Shown here one piece after another: positions 22,950 to 33,085 of a DNA stretch of 64,000 nucleotides. Source of the DNA: Candidatus Lokiarchaeum ossiferum (GTDB lineage Archaea > Asgardarchaeota > Lokiarchaeia > Sigyniarchaeales > Promethearchaeaceae); the NCBI GenBank assembly GCA_025839675.1, contig CP104013.1, positions 3,105,121-3,169,120 on the forward strand, given 5' to 3'. Each line of letters starts with the position of its first letter. Within the stretch, counting starts at the first letter, position 1. The notes beneath the pieces were generated by a model, which was not told the DNA's origin, made no database searches, and saw nothing but the letters and a program-made list of their open reading frames with translations. The position numbers and the translations under genes are program-made.

Positions 22950-23573
22950 TTAAAAACCAAAAACTTGACGAAAATCGCTGTAGGCTTTGCTCAACTTTGC
23001 GAGTACAGTAGGATCGTTTTGGTCAAGATAATATTGAATATAACCAGATAAACCATTAGGATCTTTTATCCATGATAGGAATCCTTCAATCTCTTGTTTT
23101 ACTGCTGAATCCCCTCCACCACTCGCACTTGCACCAACAACTTCGGCATCATCATATTTCCCCAACTGTGCATTAGGATCAAGATAAGTTCCACCTTCCT
23201 TCATTTGATTAGCAGCTCTTACAACATCAACGTAAGCGCTTTTCCCATCGACGCCAGGGGGAGCATATCCAAGAACATAATATCTATCATTTTCATCTAA
23301 AGAGGCAGCTCCAAGAAGGAAGGATCTCTCTTTAAAATTGACTCCAGAAAAATATTCATCTGTATTCAATAAAAGAGAATACTTTATATCTTGAAATTTT
23401 ACAAATTGACCGTGCGCTAACCACTTTTTTATACATTGTGCAATATCACTCGGCTCTACCGACCAATTTGATGAAATATATACAATTTCTCCATCCTTTC
23501 GAGCCACAACAGCGGCAATGACAATTCCCTTGTTAAATAATTCGTTTATAATTCCTTCAAAATCGATTGGCAT
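22950..23573 (-). CDS. Profilin-like (or roadblock/LC7-like) alpha/beta protein with an acidic/Gly C-terminal extension
   Basis: GIVIAAVVARKDGEIVYISSNW resembles the profilin AAI.g.DGsvWA.S motif. Later ...RYYVLGYAPPGVDGKSAYVDVV... resembles the profilin C-terminal sheet and helix. Adjacency to the gelsolin-like candidate is suggestive. Confidence 0.35.
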   Translation of the reverse strand: MPIDFEGIINELFNKGIVIAAVVARKDGEIVYISSNWSVEPSDIAQCIKKWLAHGQFVKFQDIKYSLLLNTDEYFSGVNFKERSFLLGAASLDENDRYYVLGYAPPGVDGKSAYVDVVRAANQMKEGGTYLDPNAQLGKYDDAEVVGASASGGGDSAVKQEIEGFLSWIKDPNGLSGYIQYYLDQNDPTVLAKLSKAYSDFRQVFGF

Positions 23574-23611
23574 TTTCTAACGATCTCCGTATTTCCGACT
23601 TAATCTCCTAT

Positions 23612-24115
23612 TTAATTAATTCGCTTTCTCCTTAATAAATTTTCAAATTTTTTTTTATCGTTGGGATCTTTCGTCTTTAAAATAAACCGATCTTGAAGAG
23701 TATCCAGCTTATTTTTGGTTTTATATTGACCAATATCCATGTTTGGAGCTTGCGAAAGATTCTGGTCATCCCATGAAATTAAATCAAGTACTTGATTAAA
23801 AAAATTATCATGGCGATCATCTTGTTTAACAAGTTTTTTTATGTGTAATTCTAATGCTGATTCCGAATCAAGAATTCTTCCACACACTGGACAAGTAAAG
23901 GTAATTTTTTCCAAAGATTTTAACTTATGATCCTGATAAGTTTCTTTCACTTCAAATTTCTTACGCTGTTTAGCAGGACAATGATGAGGAAAGGGTCGTC
24001 CATATATGGGTAAATCAAAAAAGATTTTTGCACCTTTTGTACTTTCCCAAAATAGAACCGATTGGCCACATTTCCGACATTTAGTAGGGAAAGACCGGAG
24101 TTTTATATGTTTCAT
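23612..24115 (-). CDS. Zinc-finger protein (hypothetical)
   Basis: CRKCGQ...HHC and a C2H2-like CPVCGRILDSESALELHIKK. The start was moved to MKHIKLRSF to drop a low-complexity Phe/Asn-rich leader. Confidence 0.4.
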   Translation of the reverse strand: MKHIKLRSFPTKCRKCGQSVLFWESTKGAKIFFDLPIYGRPFPHHCPAKQRKKFEVKETYQDHKLKSLEKITFTCPVCGRILDSESALELHIKKLVKQDDRHDNFFNQVLDLISWDDQNLSQAPNMDIGQYKTKNKLDTLQDRFILKTKDPNDKKKFENLLRRKRIN

Positions 24116-24231
24116 GATCTTATAACCATAAAAGAAATGTAAGTTATCATAAGAAGTACGATGAAAAAAATTTTTATCAAATAAAAAGAAACAATAATTC
24201 AAGTTGTAAAAGTGGAAGTTTAATAAAACCA

Positions 24232-24852
24232 ATGTCAAAAAAAACCATCTCGATCAACAGTGTTTTATGGAAGCGAATGAACGCGTTAAAAAATGAATTG
24301 AATGAAAATTCAAAAAAAGTATATCATTGGAATGATACAATTGAACATATTTTAAACCACTACACAAATAATAAAGAACAGTTGAAGGAGAAAAAAAACG
24401 CAATACCAACACCACCGCAAAAATCCATAAGAAAACCTTCGAAACCATCTTTACCTCCATTGAATATATCGATACCTGCTCCAAAATTACCCAACTTAAC
24501 CAAAAAAGGGAAGAATCCCATAATGTCAAAAGAAAATCTGAATTTAAGTATACCAGCACCTCCAAAAAAAAAAGCAATTGTTTTGGATGTCAGCCCTGAA
24601 AAATTGGAGGAATTAGCAAAAAAAGAAACAAAAGATACACGTTATATCATGATTGAATGCCAAATCTGTGGGAACATCCCAATTTTAATGCCAGTACCAA
24701 AAGCTCTAGTCCTAGATGCAAAGGAACCTGTTGTGGATGTATCATATATTCACGGCGATCCTCAACATGTTATTGTTGCACAGTTAGATCATGATTTTCA
24801 AGTTCGACGAAGAAGAGCCAGTTGGGTAGTGTACGAGAAAGATTACAAGTAA
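24232..24852 (+). CDS. Hypothetical Lys/Pro-rich protein with a C-terminal CxxC/His cluster
   Basis: 206-aa ORF with low-complexity P/K repeats and CQICGN...HGDPQH. Confidence 0.35.
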   Translation: MSKKTISINSVLWKRMNALKNELNENSKKVYHWNDTIEHILNHYTNNKEQLKEKKNAIPTPPQKSIRKPSKPSLPPLNISIPAPKLPNLTKKGKNPIMSKENLNLSIPAPPKKKAIVLDVSPEKLEELAKKETKDTRYIMIECQICGNIPILMPVPKALVLDAKEPVVDVSYIHGDPQHVIVAQLDHDFQVRRRRASWVVYEKDYK

Positions 24853-24856
24853 ATTT

Positions 24857-25840
24857 CTATTTTTGGGAAAATTCTTTCCCTTTAATTAGGGCGGTTAATA
24901 GTCCATTTATCGGAGTTGGAACCCCGAGTTTTTTTCCCAAGATAACTATTTTTCCATTCAAAAACTCAATTTCGGTGGGGTTGCGTCGTATAAAATCCTG
25001 CAACATACTATTTTTATTTGCCGAGGTGGCATGAATAACATTATAAACATCCTGAAGATAATAGTTTTCATTTTGCAACTGCACTCCGAGTAGTTTAGCG
25101 ACATTGATTGCTTCTTGAACTGCCATTTCACAATATTGGGTAAGTTCATTCACTTGGATTATTGATCCATTAGCGAGACCAGTTAAAGCACCAATCGCAT
25201 TAATGCCAATATTGATAAATGCTTTTTTCCATATTTCTGCGTGAGAATTCGTTGCAATGGTGGTTGGTATTCCAGCAGAATTTAATGCATCTACGAAATT
25301 TTTCATCTCCTTTGCTATTGAATGTGCTTCATCTGTGGAATTTGGATACCAAGGGCTAAGAAAAGTTTTACCTGCACCGCGATGTTCAACAGTACCATTA
25401 CTAGATAAATAAGCACCATTTGAAGTAATCAACCGATAAATATGCATGTTTGGATAATGAGTATAAACAACTTCCTCATTGCCAAGTCCATTTTGTAAAA
25501 GAACTAGAGATTTCATTTTTGATAAGAGAGGTTTATACACTATACAAATGGAATCCAGATCGTAGGATTTTGCAGAAATTATACATAAATTTGGGAGATT
25601 TGATTCATCTACCTTTAATAATTTTTCAAGGGGCGAGGCAAGGGCAAAATTTTCTACTTCGTGAATCGTTTTTCCAATATCCTGTAGCTTTAATTTATGT
25701 TTTAATAAATAATTAGAAGTTTTTTTATCAGTATAAACCAATACTTGATTTCCTGACAAAGCAAGTTTTGCCCCAAAAAAAGATCCTATGCTACCCGCCC
25801 CTATAATTAAAAATTTCATATTCATTATATCCTTAACCAA
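24857..25840 (-). CDS. panE: 2-dehydropantoate 2-reductase (ketopantoate reductase, ApbA/PanE family)
   Basis: N-terminal Rossmann motif KFLIIGAGSIGSFFGAKLA; 327 aa. Pantothenate-pathway context (panB nearby). Confidence 0.7.
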   Translation of the reverse strand: MVKDIMNMKFLIIGAGSIGSFFGAKLALSGNQVLVYTDKKTSNYLLKHKLKLQDIGKTIHEVENFALASPLEKLLKVDESNLPNLCIISAKSYDLDSICIVYKPLLSKMKSLVLLQNGLGNEEVVYTHYPNMHIYRLITSNGAYLSSNGTVEHRGAGKTFLSPWYPNSTDEAHSIAKEMKNFVDALNSAGIPTTIATNSHAEIWKKAFINIGINAIGALTGLANGSIIQVNELTQYCEMAVQEAINVAKLLGVQLQNENYYLQDVYNVIHATSANKNSMLQDFIRRNPTEIEFLNGKIVILGKKLGVPTPINGLLTALIKGKEFSQK

Positions 25841-25849
25841 GATTCTTTA

Positions 25850-26818
25850 TTAATCTTTAAACCATCTATCAAGTTTCTGATTTTGTTTTTGCACATGAGA
25901 TAATTTTTGAGTTGCTTTCCTTGTTTTCTTTGAGGTAAATTTCTCAGAAAACAGCAAATTTACAACCTCTTGATCCTTAATTGGTTTCAGATTCATCTCA
26001 GGCAAAATATCCATAGCATTTTTTACAGCATATCCGCTGAAGTGATTGTTAAAATACCCTACATGAGTAATCCGAGGATTTTGAGAATAAACTTCATTTA
26101 ACTCAGATGCCCAATGAGCTAATTCTTCGTGAGAAAAATTGTAATTCCACCAAGGTTTCTTTCCGTATCCATGAAAGCGGAGATAAAAAAGGTCTTTTCG
26201 TGTAATTTCCATTACCGGTGGAAGGAGAGGTTCAACAACAGCACAATAGGCTACATTATACTTGCGAAGAAGTTCAAATGTTTTTTCCTTCATCCATGAT
26301 TTATGACGGAATTCTACCACTGGACGGAATGATTCCTTAGTAAATGAGGATCCACATAGTTCTTTTCCTTTTGTTTCTCGCCATTCATTCCAATAATTTA
26401 AAAACGATTCCAAATTATGAGAAAAATTTAACTCCGAAAACGTAGGAGGAAGTTGGATGAGATGGGCCAATAATTTACTTTCTTTTTCAAGGGGAAGCAT
26501 GTTTGTGAGATAGAGATGTAAATCCTCTATCATCTCTTGCTTTTGCAAACTCAATTTTGCCCTATGAGTGACCGTCTGCGGTAATTTTGCACTAAATTTA
26601 AATGTTTTCGGTGTTTTTTGACACCAATTCAAAACTGTTTTTTTAGAAGGGATATGATAAAAGCTGGAATCTATTTCAACTGTTGGCAATATTTGGGAAT
26701 AATATTCGAGAAATTGGGATGCAACTAAGTGATCTGGATAGAAAATACCTTTCCAATCATCTTTATAGCTCCATCCGCATGTCCCAATTAAAAATTGTGC
26801 TGGTGGTTCCAAACTCAT
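25850..26818 (-). CDS. DUF72-family protein (UPF0759)
   Basis: IGTCGWSYKDDWKGIFYP...LEYYSQILPTVEIDSSFY matches the conserved DUF72 N-terminal signature. Confidence 0.7.
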   Translation of the reverse strand: MSLEPPAQFLIGTCGWSYKDDWKGIFYPDHLVASQFLEYYSQILPTVEIDSSFYHIPSKKTVLNWCQKTPKTFKFSAKLPQTVTHRAKLSLQKQEMIEDLHLYLTNMLPLEKESKLLAHLIQLPPTFSELNFSHNLESFLNYWNEWRETKGKELCGSSFTKESFRPVVEFRHKSWMKEKTFELLRKYNVAYCAVVEPLLPPVMEITRKDLFYLRFHGYGKKPWWNYNFSHEELAHWASELNEVYSQNPRITHVGYFNNHFSGYAVKNAMDILPEMNLKPIKDQEVVNLLFSEKFTSKKTRKATQKLSHVQKQNQKLDRWFKD

Positions 26819-26873
26819 CTCTAGGTCACTTAAACAAATATTTTATTAAAAAGGTGGAGAGAGACTTAAAAAA

Positions 26874-27812
26874 TTAATTTCCATATATCTTTCCTAAATC
26901 TTTTTCTTGAGTTTTGGAATGATGTTGGGATTTTGTTTTGGAATGACGAATCACTTTAGGATTATTTGCTAGACTGGTTTTAAACATTTGATATTCATCA
27001 GCTTCAATGGAAAAACTATGATTTTGAGTGGGAAATTGAGTAGATTTTACGTCAGCAATATATTGAGAAGTTGAATTTACAAGAATATCCCAAATTTTGG
27101 CGTATTGTTTTACAAATCTAAAAGGTTTTGTCTCGGAAAAACCCAACATATCTTGAGCTACAAGAACTTGTCCATCACACCCCACTCCAGCACCAATTCC
27201 GATGGTAGGTATGTTAATATGCTTTGAGATCTCTTGGGCAACTTGCCAAGGGACCATTTCTAATACAATTGCGAATACACCCGCTTCTTCCAAAATTAAG
27301 GCATCTTCAACGAGTCGTTCTGCGGCCATAGCATTCTTTCCCTGGAGTTTGAAACCTCCTAATTGATGCATATATTGAGGTGTTAGACCAATATGACCCA
27401 TAACTGCGATACCACATTCTGTCATCATTTTGATGCTCTTGGCTCGTTCCCTTCCCCCTTCTAGTTTTACAGCGTCAGCACGCCCTTCTTTAATAAAACG
27501 TCCAGCATTCCGGACCGCATCTTCAGGTAAGGCGAAACTCATAAATGGCATATCAGCTATCACCATGGTTCTTTTGGCTGCACGGGAAACGGCTTGAGTA
27601 TGTCGAATTACGTCTTCCATTGTTACATGAAGGGTTGAATCTTCTCCATAAATGACCATCCCCATAGAATCACCCACAAGCAAGGCGTCAATTCCAGCGG
27701 AATCAAAAGCTCGAGCCATGCTATAATCATATGCAGTTAGCATTGTTATTTTTTCATTATTTTCTTTCATGGAAAGGAAATCAAGGGTAGAAATTTTTTT
27801 CATAGGAACCAC
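26874..27812 (-). CDS. panB: 3-methyl-2-oxobutanoate hydroxymethyltransferase (ketopantoate hydroxymethyltransferase) with a Lys/His-rich C-terminal tail
   Basis: LTAYDYSMARAFDSAGIDALLVGDSMGMV... is colinear with the PanB TIM-barrel. Confidence 0.85.
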   Translation of the reverse strand: MVPMKKISTLDFLSMKENNEKITMLTAYDYSMARAFDSAGIDALLVGDSMGMVIYGEDSTLHVTMEDVIRHTQAVSRAAKRTMVIADMPFMSFALPEDAVRNAGRFIKEGRADAVKLEGGRERAKSIKMMTECGIAVMGHIGLTPQYMHQLGGFKLQGKNAMAAERLVEDALILEEAGVFAIVLEMVPWQVAQEISKHINIPTIGIGAGVGCDGQVLVAQDMLGFSETKPFRFVKQYAKIWDILVNSTSQYIADVKSTQFPTQNHSFSIEADEYQMFKTSLANNPKVIRHSKTKSQHHSKTQEKDLGKIYGN

Positions 27813-28237
27813 TAATAACTAAATACTTTTGCACTCAGAGCTTTTTCATAATTCAGACTTGTATAATTCGGACTAGTATATACTAAAATAATTGCAACCA
27901 TTTTATTCATCGAGGTGCAAAATATGATATCACGATGTTATAACCAATATTAAATTATTTATCTATTAATTCAATAGATCAATTCATTTCATAAATAGTA
28001 GTATTTTTGTCGATTTTTGTCAATGATCGTGCAACATATTTTTAAATAGTAATATCTATCGTATTTTGTCGATTAATGTCAGATTTTATTTTTCATTCCA
28101 AAGATCAAATTTTTTTGTTAAATAATACTATTTGGCGGTTTTTATCGGTTTTATTCGCAATTAGATTCAAAATTACACCTTAATTAAAATAGATAAAATA
28201 GTAATATTTAGCGATTAAGACGTTTTTTGTCGTTGCT

Positions 28238-28615
28238 TTATTTAAGAACCTTTGACCATATAAAAAAATCAGAATCAAGTAAATCTTCTATTTCAAATTG
28301 ATTCAACGCCAGAGCTATTTTATGCGCTAACAAATGCTTGCAGAAATGAAAACTTTTTTTCCGATAAATAGATGTCAATAAAAAGGATTGACATTGACAA
28401 AATATATCTGGATAAATGACATATTTACGTTTAGCACCCTGAACAGTCCACATTTCTAAATTGGAGGGGAAAAAAGTATGTTTTTTGATTTTTGGGCCAC
28501 TTTTTTGTAGAAATTCAAGCGCTTTATAGAAAAGTTTCCCATATTCCTCTTCAAATTCCTTAATGAGTGAGGCGGTTAATTTCCCTTCTTTCATTAATCT
28601 TGAAAAAATATCCAT
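28238..28615 (-). CDS. SWIM zinc-finger protein
   Basis: CQCQSF...(12)...CKHLLAH matches the SWIM CxCxnCxH pattern. Confidence 0.4.
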   Translation of the reverse strand: MDIFSRLMKEGKLTASLIKEFEEEYGKLFYKALEFLQKSGPKIKKHTFFPSNLEMWTVQGAKRKYVIYPDIFCQCQSFLLTSIYRKKSFHFCKHLLAHKIALALNQFEIEDLLDSDFFIWSKVLK

Positions 28616-28729
28616 TAGTAATTAACCATATTTTTTTGTTGATTTAAAGTTATAAAATTAGGCAGTATTTTCAAATAAATTTACTAAACCATCAAAACAA
28701 TTTTAGAAAAAATAATTTCAAATTATGAT

Positions 28730-29212
28730 TCAACAAATCTTCAATTGGTAATTTTGTTTTCCTGCAATACATTTATCAAGAAAAGAAGCGAGCATCTCGA
28801 TCTCAACCCCATTTTTCCCTATTACAAATTGTCGTAAATTTTTTGGAGCTGTAATAGTTATTTGATATGAAGAACCAATTGATTCCATGTCAATTTTCAA
28901 TTCCTTAATATTGACATACCAATTTTTGATTAATTGAGAGAGATTCTGAGAGAATTTAATCAATCTAACATGGTACATTGTTCTATAACGCCGACTTTTA
29001 AGGTAATAATGCCATTGACGGTTTGCTCGGTCAAACTTATCGGGATCAATGAAAACAAAAAGCCGATCTTCATAGATATGAACAAATTTAAGTTTAGTTT
29101 TGATTTTGTTTTCAATAAATTGAATCCAACCGAGATGATTGTTTGTATAAAATATTTTAAAATTGATGACGTGAATTCGATCAAGATCAAGGCTTATAGC
29201 TGTAGGAAGCAT
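28730..29212 (-). CDS. Hypothetical protein with a possible C-terminal KH-like motif
   Basis: FVIGKNGVEIEML resembles a KH GxxG loop. Preferred over the overlapping plus-strand ORF (28934 to 29383), which runs into the GT gene start. Confidence 0.3.
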   Translation of the reverse strand: MLPTAISLDLDRIHVINFKIFYTNNHLGWIQFIENKIKTKLKFVHIYEDRLFVFIDPDKFDRANRQWHYYLKSRRYRTMYHVRLIKFSQNLSQLIKNWYVNIKELKIDMESIGSSYQITITAPKNLRQFVIGKNGVEIEMLASFLDKCIAGKQNYQLKIC

Positions 29213-29276
29213 GAATTTTTTTTCAAAAGCACAAATAAAAAATCCGATAAAAAATTTACAAAGATAGATTATTTCG

Positions 29277-30596
29277 ATGAAAATTTTAATGTTTCCAACA
29301 AGATTTTATCCTGCCATTTCTGGAGGAGATTTTTACCTAGAACGATTAGGTCGCGAATTGAAAAGGAAACAACTGCAAAATAATCAAGTTCAATTCATTA
29401 CAACAGACGCGATTGATTTTGCAGGTTTAAAAGGAAAGGGGAAAATCGTTGCTCCAAACCATAGATTTTTTTCTCGATATAAGAATTTGCAGATCAAACG
29501 GTATCGGACTCATCCCTTGGAAAGAATGGTTCAAGAAAAATCGGAGGAAGAGCAAGAATTATACGAATTATGCCATAAAATGTTAAAATTATCTTCTGAA
29601 ACTATTGAACCCTTAATGGATAATGGTCCAATAATACCAGAATTAAATCAATTTCTCCTTAATAATAACCAAAATAAATCGATACTATACAATTTCAAGC
29701 CAGAAATCATGCATTGTACCTATTTACCATATACAACTCTTCTATATTGCTTGCTCTTAGGGAAAAAGATGAAAATTCCAACTTGTGTGACTCCATTTTT
29801 ACATGAGAATAATTTTCGATATAAAAACCAGGAATTATATAAAATTCTTGATCAATTTGATGCAATCTTAGCATGTACAAATCATGAAAAGATGATCATG
29901 ATCAAAAATGGAGTTTTGGAAGAAAAAATCCATGTTCTTCCAATGGGTGTAGATTCAAAACGATTTCAACAGGATCATAAAAAATTGGTTCGCAGATTGT
30001 ATTCGATTGAGAATCCTGTGGTATTATTCTGTGGTTATAAGAACTATGAAAAAGGAGCATTAACACTCCTAAATACAATTCCTTTAATTATTAAGGAAAA
30101 TTCGGCGATATCATTCATATTTATTGGACCTCCTACAACAGCTTTTAATTATACAGTTAAGAAAATTAAATCGAAATATCCCGCAGCTCAAATTCTTAAT
30201 TTAACACCAGAAAATCTTACCGGAATTTATGATAAAAAGAAAATCGGAGCTTTTCAACTGGCCAAAGTTTTCTGTATGCCCAGCCGATCAGATGCCTATG
30301 GAATTGTCTTTTTGGAATCTTGGGCAAGTGGCACACCCGTTATTGCTGCGAACATCCCTGCTATGCATGAAGTCATTGATAATCAAGAAGACGGAATACT
30401 AGTAGAATTTGATAATCCCAAGGCTCTAAAGAAAATTATTCTTGATCTTATAAATAATCCAGAAAAAGCCCAAACGATGGGTAAAAAAGGACAAAATAAA
30501 GTGGAAGAACAAAATCGCTGGGACATAATTGCCAAGCAAACTTTGAAAATATATCAAAAATTAATCAACTCAAGGGAACTCAATGAAAACAACTAA
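29277..30596 (+). CDS. Glycosyltransferase family 4 (GT-B fold, group 1)
   Basis: C-terminal FLESWASGTPVIAANIPAMHEVI...GILVE matches the GT4 EX7E-type motif region. Confidence 0.8.
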   Translation: MKILMFPTRFYPAISGGDFYLERLGRELKRKQLQNNQVQFITTDAIDFAGLKGKGKIVAPNHRFFSRYKNLQIKRYRTHPLERMVQEKSEEEQELYELCHKMLKLSSETIEPLMDNGPIIPELNQFLLNNNQNKSILYNFKPEIMHCTYLPYTTLLYCLLLGKKMKIPTCVTPFLHENNFRYKNQELYKILDQFDAILACTNHEKMIMIKNGVLEEKIHVLPMGVDSKRFQQDHKKLVRRLYSIENPVVLFCGYKNYEKGALTLLNTIPLIIKENSAISFIFIGPPTTAFNYTVKKIKSKYPAAQILNLTPENLTGIYDKKKIGAFQLAKVFCMPSRSDAYGIVFLESWASGTPVIAANIPAMHEVIDNQEDGILVEFDNPKALKKIILDLINNPEKAQTMGKKGQNKVEEQNRWDIIAKQTLKIYQKLINSRELNENN

Positions 30597-31833
30597 AAAT
30601 GCCCTCTACGGAAACAAATTTGTTAATATTCGAGAAAACATCCTCCATCTCGGGAAATTTCAAATTCAAGATATTATAAGCAAAAAAAAGACCCCATCCT
30701 TTGTATTCCTCTTAGATAAACTACGTGCTAATATTAAACAAATCTCATGGTGTTTTTCTGAAGTTTTTCCGAAAGCCCAAGGATTTTATTCCATGAAAGC
30801 CAATTTCTTTTCTCCTATCATAGAAACTGTTAAAAATGCAGATTTTGGGGCTGAAATTGTTGGAATTCCAGAATTCAACTCGTTAAAAAAAATAAATTTT
30901 CCAATGGATAAAATTATTGCAGGTGGACCTTACTTACCAGATGATTTTCTCAAAGAATTAGTCAAACATAAAGTAGGATATATTGTAGTTTATGATCTTG
31001 AAGATTTGTTAAGAATCCAAAATGAAATTACAAATAAAAACAAGGATGTTTCATATATTCAAAAAATATTGGTAAGATTCCAATCCCCAAAATATACTGG
31101 ACGTCAAGGGATTGCCTTAAATAAGCAGAATTTATTGAATTTAAAAGAAATTGTTGATAATTCACCGAATATTTTGATGAAAGGTATATTATCGCATATG
31201 GGTACCCGGATGAAAACCCTCGAGAATTTTCAAAAGAATATTGCATTTATTATAAAGACAGTGAATGATCTGAAGCAAATCGCTCGAATTTCAACCGAGA
31301 TTATTGATATGGGAGGTGGATTTCCAAATGCAGACACTTTAAAGAAAAATCAACTTCTCTCAATATTGGAACAGCTTAAGAAAGAATTAATTATTGGAAA
31401 TTGTGCTCACTGTCAAATTTTTTATGAACCTGGGAGATTTTTGGTTGGAGATATCGGTTTTTGTTTGACGAAAGTGTACAAATATGATGAAGCTACAGCA
31501 ACAGCATTTTTAGAAATTGGAAATAATATGATTCCTAAATTTATGAAATCCGCATTACGTTTCTACAATGCCTCGAGAATTTATGAAAAACCTAATAAGC
31601 CTATTGATTTCATGGGAATAATCCCATCAGATCAAGATATTTTGATAAAAAATTATAATTTTACCAGAAATATAGCAGCGGATGACATTATAGTTATTGC
31701 AAATGTAGGGGCATATGCATTAACATGGTCTACCCGATTTCCATATATTTTACCTTCAATTTTGTTTATTGATGGAAATGACATTGAGATATTTCATGAT
31801 AATGCTGTCCAATCCGATTTTTCTATTCACTAG
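30583..31833 (+). CDS. PLP-dependent decarboxylase of the Orn/DAP/Arg decarboxylase family (alanine-racemase-like fold III)
   Basis: FYSMKANF (PLP-binding Lys in the YAxKAN motif); about 416 aa. Overlaps the upstream GT gene by 14 nt, suggesting an operon. Confidence 0.55.
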   Translation: MKTTKNALYGNKFVNIRENILHLGKFQIQDIISKKKTPSFVFLLDKLRANIKQISWCFSEVFPKAQGFYSMKANFFSPIIETVKNADFGAEIVGIPEFNSLKKINFPMDKIIAGGPYLPDDFLKELVKHKVGYIVVYDLEDLLRIQNEITNKNKDVSYIQKILVRFQSPKYTGRQGIALNKQNLLNLKEIVDNSPNILMKGILSHMGTRMKTLENFQKNIAFIIKTVNDLKQIARISTEIIDMGGGFPNADTLKKNQLLSILEQLKKELIIGNCAHCQIFYEPGRFLVGDIGFCLTKVYKYDEATATAFLEIGNNMIPKFMKSALRFYNASRIYEKPNKPIDFMGIIPSDQDILIKNYNFTRNIAADDIIVIANVGAYALTWSTRFPYILPSILFIDGNDIEIFHDNAVQSDFSIH

Positions 31834-31932
31834 TTTTTTCTCGAAAAGGTAATATCACGATATTATCACTAATAATAATCTAATTCTTCCATCCTCATTG
31901 TATATAGATCGGAATTAGGATCGGATTAAACA

Positions 31933-33075
31933 ATGAAACGAATTCTTTCTCATGTTGAAATACCAAAACAATCACGAGCTCCATTCTCTTCACAGCAACC
32001 AGGAATTGGACAAGCAAATATTATTATAATTGGATGTGGTGGTGCTGGGAATAATACTGTTGATCGCCTCATGAAAATTGGAATCCGAGGAGCTCGTTGC
32101 ATAGCGATCAATACCGATCAACAACATCTAAATGCAATCCAGGCTCATGAAAGACTCTTGATTGGAAAAAACCTCACACGCGGTTTAGGCGCGGGAGGAC
32201 AACCGGACATTGGTCGATCTGCTGCAGAAGAATCTCAAAATGATCTTACAGGATTGCTTAGAAAAGGGGATTTAGTATTTATCACTTGTGGGATGGGAGG
32301 AGGTACGGGTACAGGAAGTGCACCGATTGTTGCTGAAATAGCAAAAAATAATGGTGCTATCGTAGTCGGAGTTATCACGATGCCTTTTGAAGCGGAAATG
32401 GGAAGAATTCAAAAAGCAAAAGAAGGTGTTAAGATTCTTCGAAATTTTGTAGATACTCTTGTTATGATCGATAATAACCGTCTCCTTGAAATAGCTGCAG
32501 ATCTACCTATTACAGAAGCTTTTAGCTTAGCAGATGAAGTTTTGGCCACAATGGTTAAAGGAATTACTGAGACTATATCACTTCCCTCGTTGATCAATTT
32601 AGATTATGCGGATATTCGAACAATCCTTACATCTGGAGGGGTAGCAATCGTGGGGATTGGAGAAGGTGATGATCCCCAACATCGAATTGAAGAAGCAATT
32701 GATGATGCGTTAAATTCACCTCTCTTAGAATTTGATATTTCAGGAGCTCAAGGTGCTCTTATTCATGTCACAGGTGGTGATGATCTTACTTTGGTAGAAA
32801 CAACAAAAGTTGCAAATTTAGTGACTGAACGAATGGATCCTAACGCAATGGTGATTTGGGGAGCGCGGGTCGATCCAAATATGACTGGAGCAGTAAGGGT
32901 CATGTTATTAATAACGGGTGTAAAATCGTCTCAGTTGTTAGGGAATTCAAATAACAGATTTTTATCAACGGATTTTGCAGGCAAATCTGGGAGAACCAGA
33001 CCAAATTTAGCAGATGAGTTTTTCAATATAAGTGAAATCCGCTCAATTAATGAAGAAAATTTAAATTTATTTTAA
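31933..33075 (+). CDS. ftsZ: Cell division GTPase FtsZ
   Basis: IGCGGAGNN, tubulin signature [20 protein letters not shown]. Confidence 0.9.
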   Translation: MKRILSHVEIPKQSRAPFSSQQPGIGQANIIIIGCGGAGNNTVDRLMKIGIRGARCIAINTDQQHLNAIQAHERLLIGKNLTRGLGAGGQPDIGRSAAEESQNDLTGLLRKGDLVFITCGMGGGTGTGSAPIVAEIAKNNGAIVVGVITMPFEAEMGRIQKAKEGVKILRNFVDTLVMIDNNRLLEIAADLPITEAFSLADEVLATMVKGITETISLPSLINLDYADIRTILTSGGVAIVGIGEGDDPQHRIEEAIDDALNSPLLEFDISGAQGALIHVTGGDDLTLVETTKVANLVTERMDPNAMVIWGARVDPNMTGAVRVMLLITGVKSSQLLGNSNNRFLSTDFAGKSGRTRPNLADEFFNISEIRSINEENLNLF

Positions 33076-33085
33076 CCCAAAAAAA

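Noticed and set aside
28934-29383. 149-aa plus-strand ORF overlapping both the 28730-29212 minus-strand gene and the start of the glycosyltransferase
   Set aside because: It overlaps two better candidates, and its sequence is Lys/Phe low-complexity. The minus-strand ORF was kept instead.
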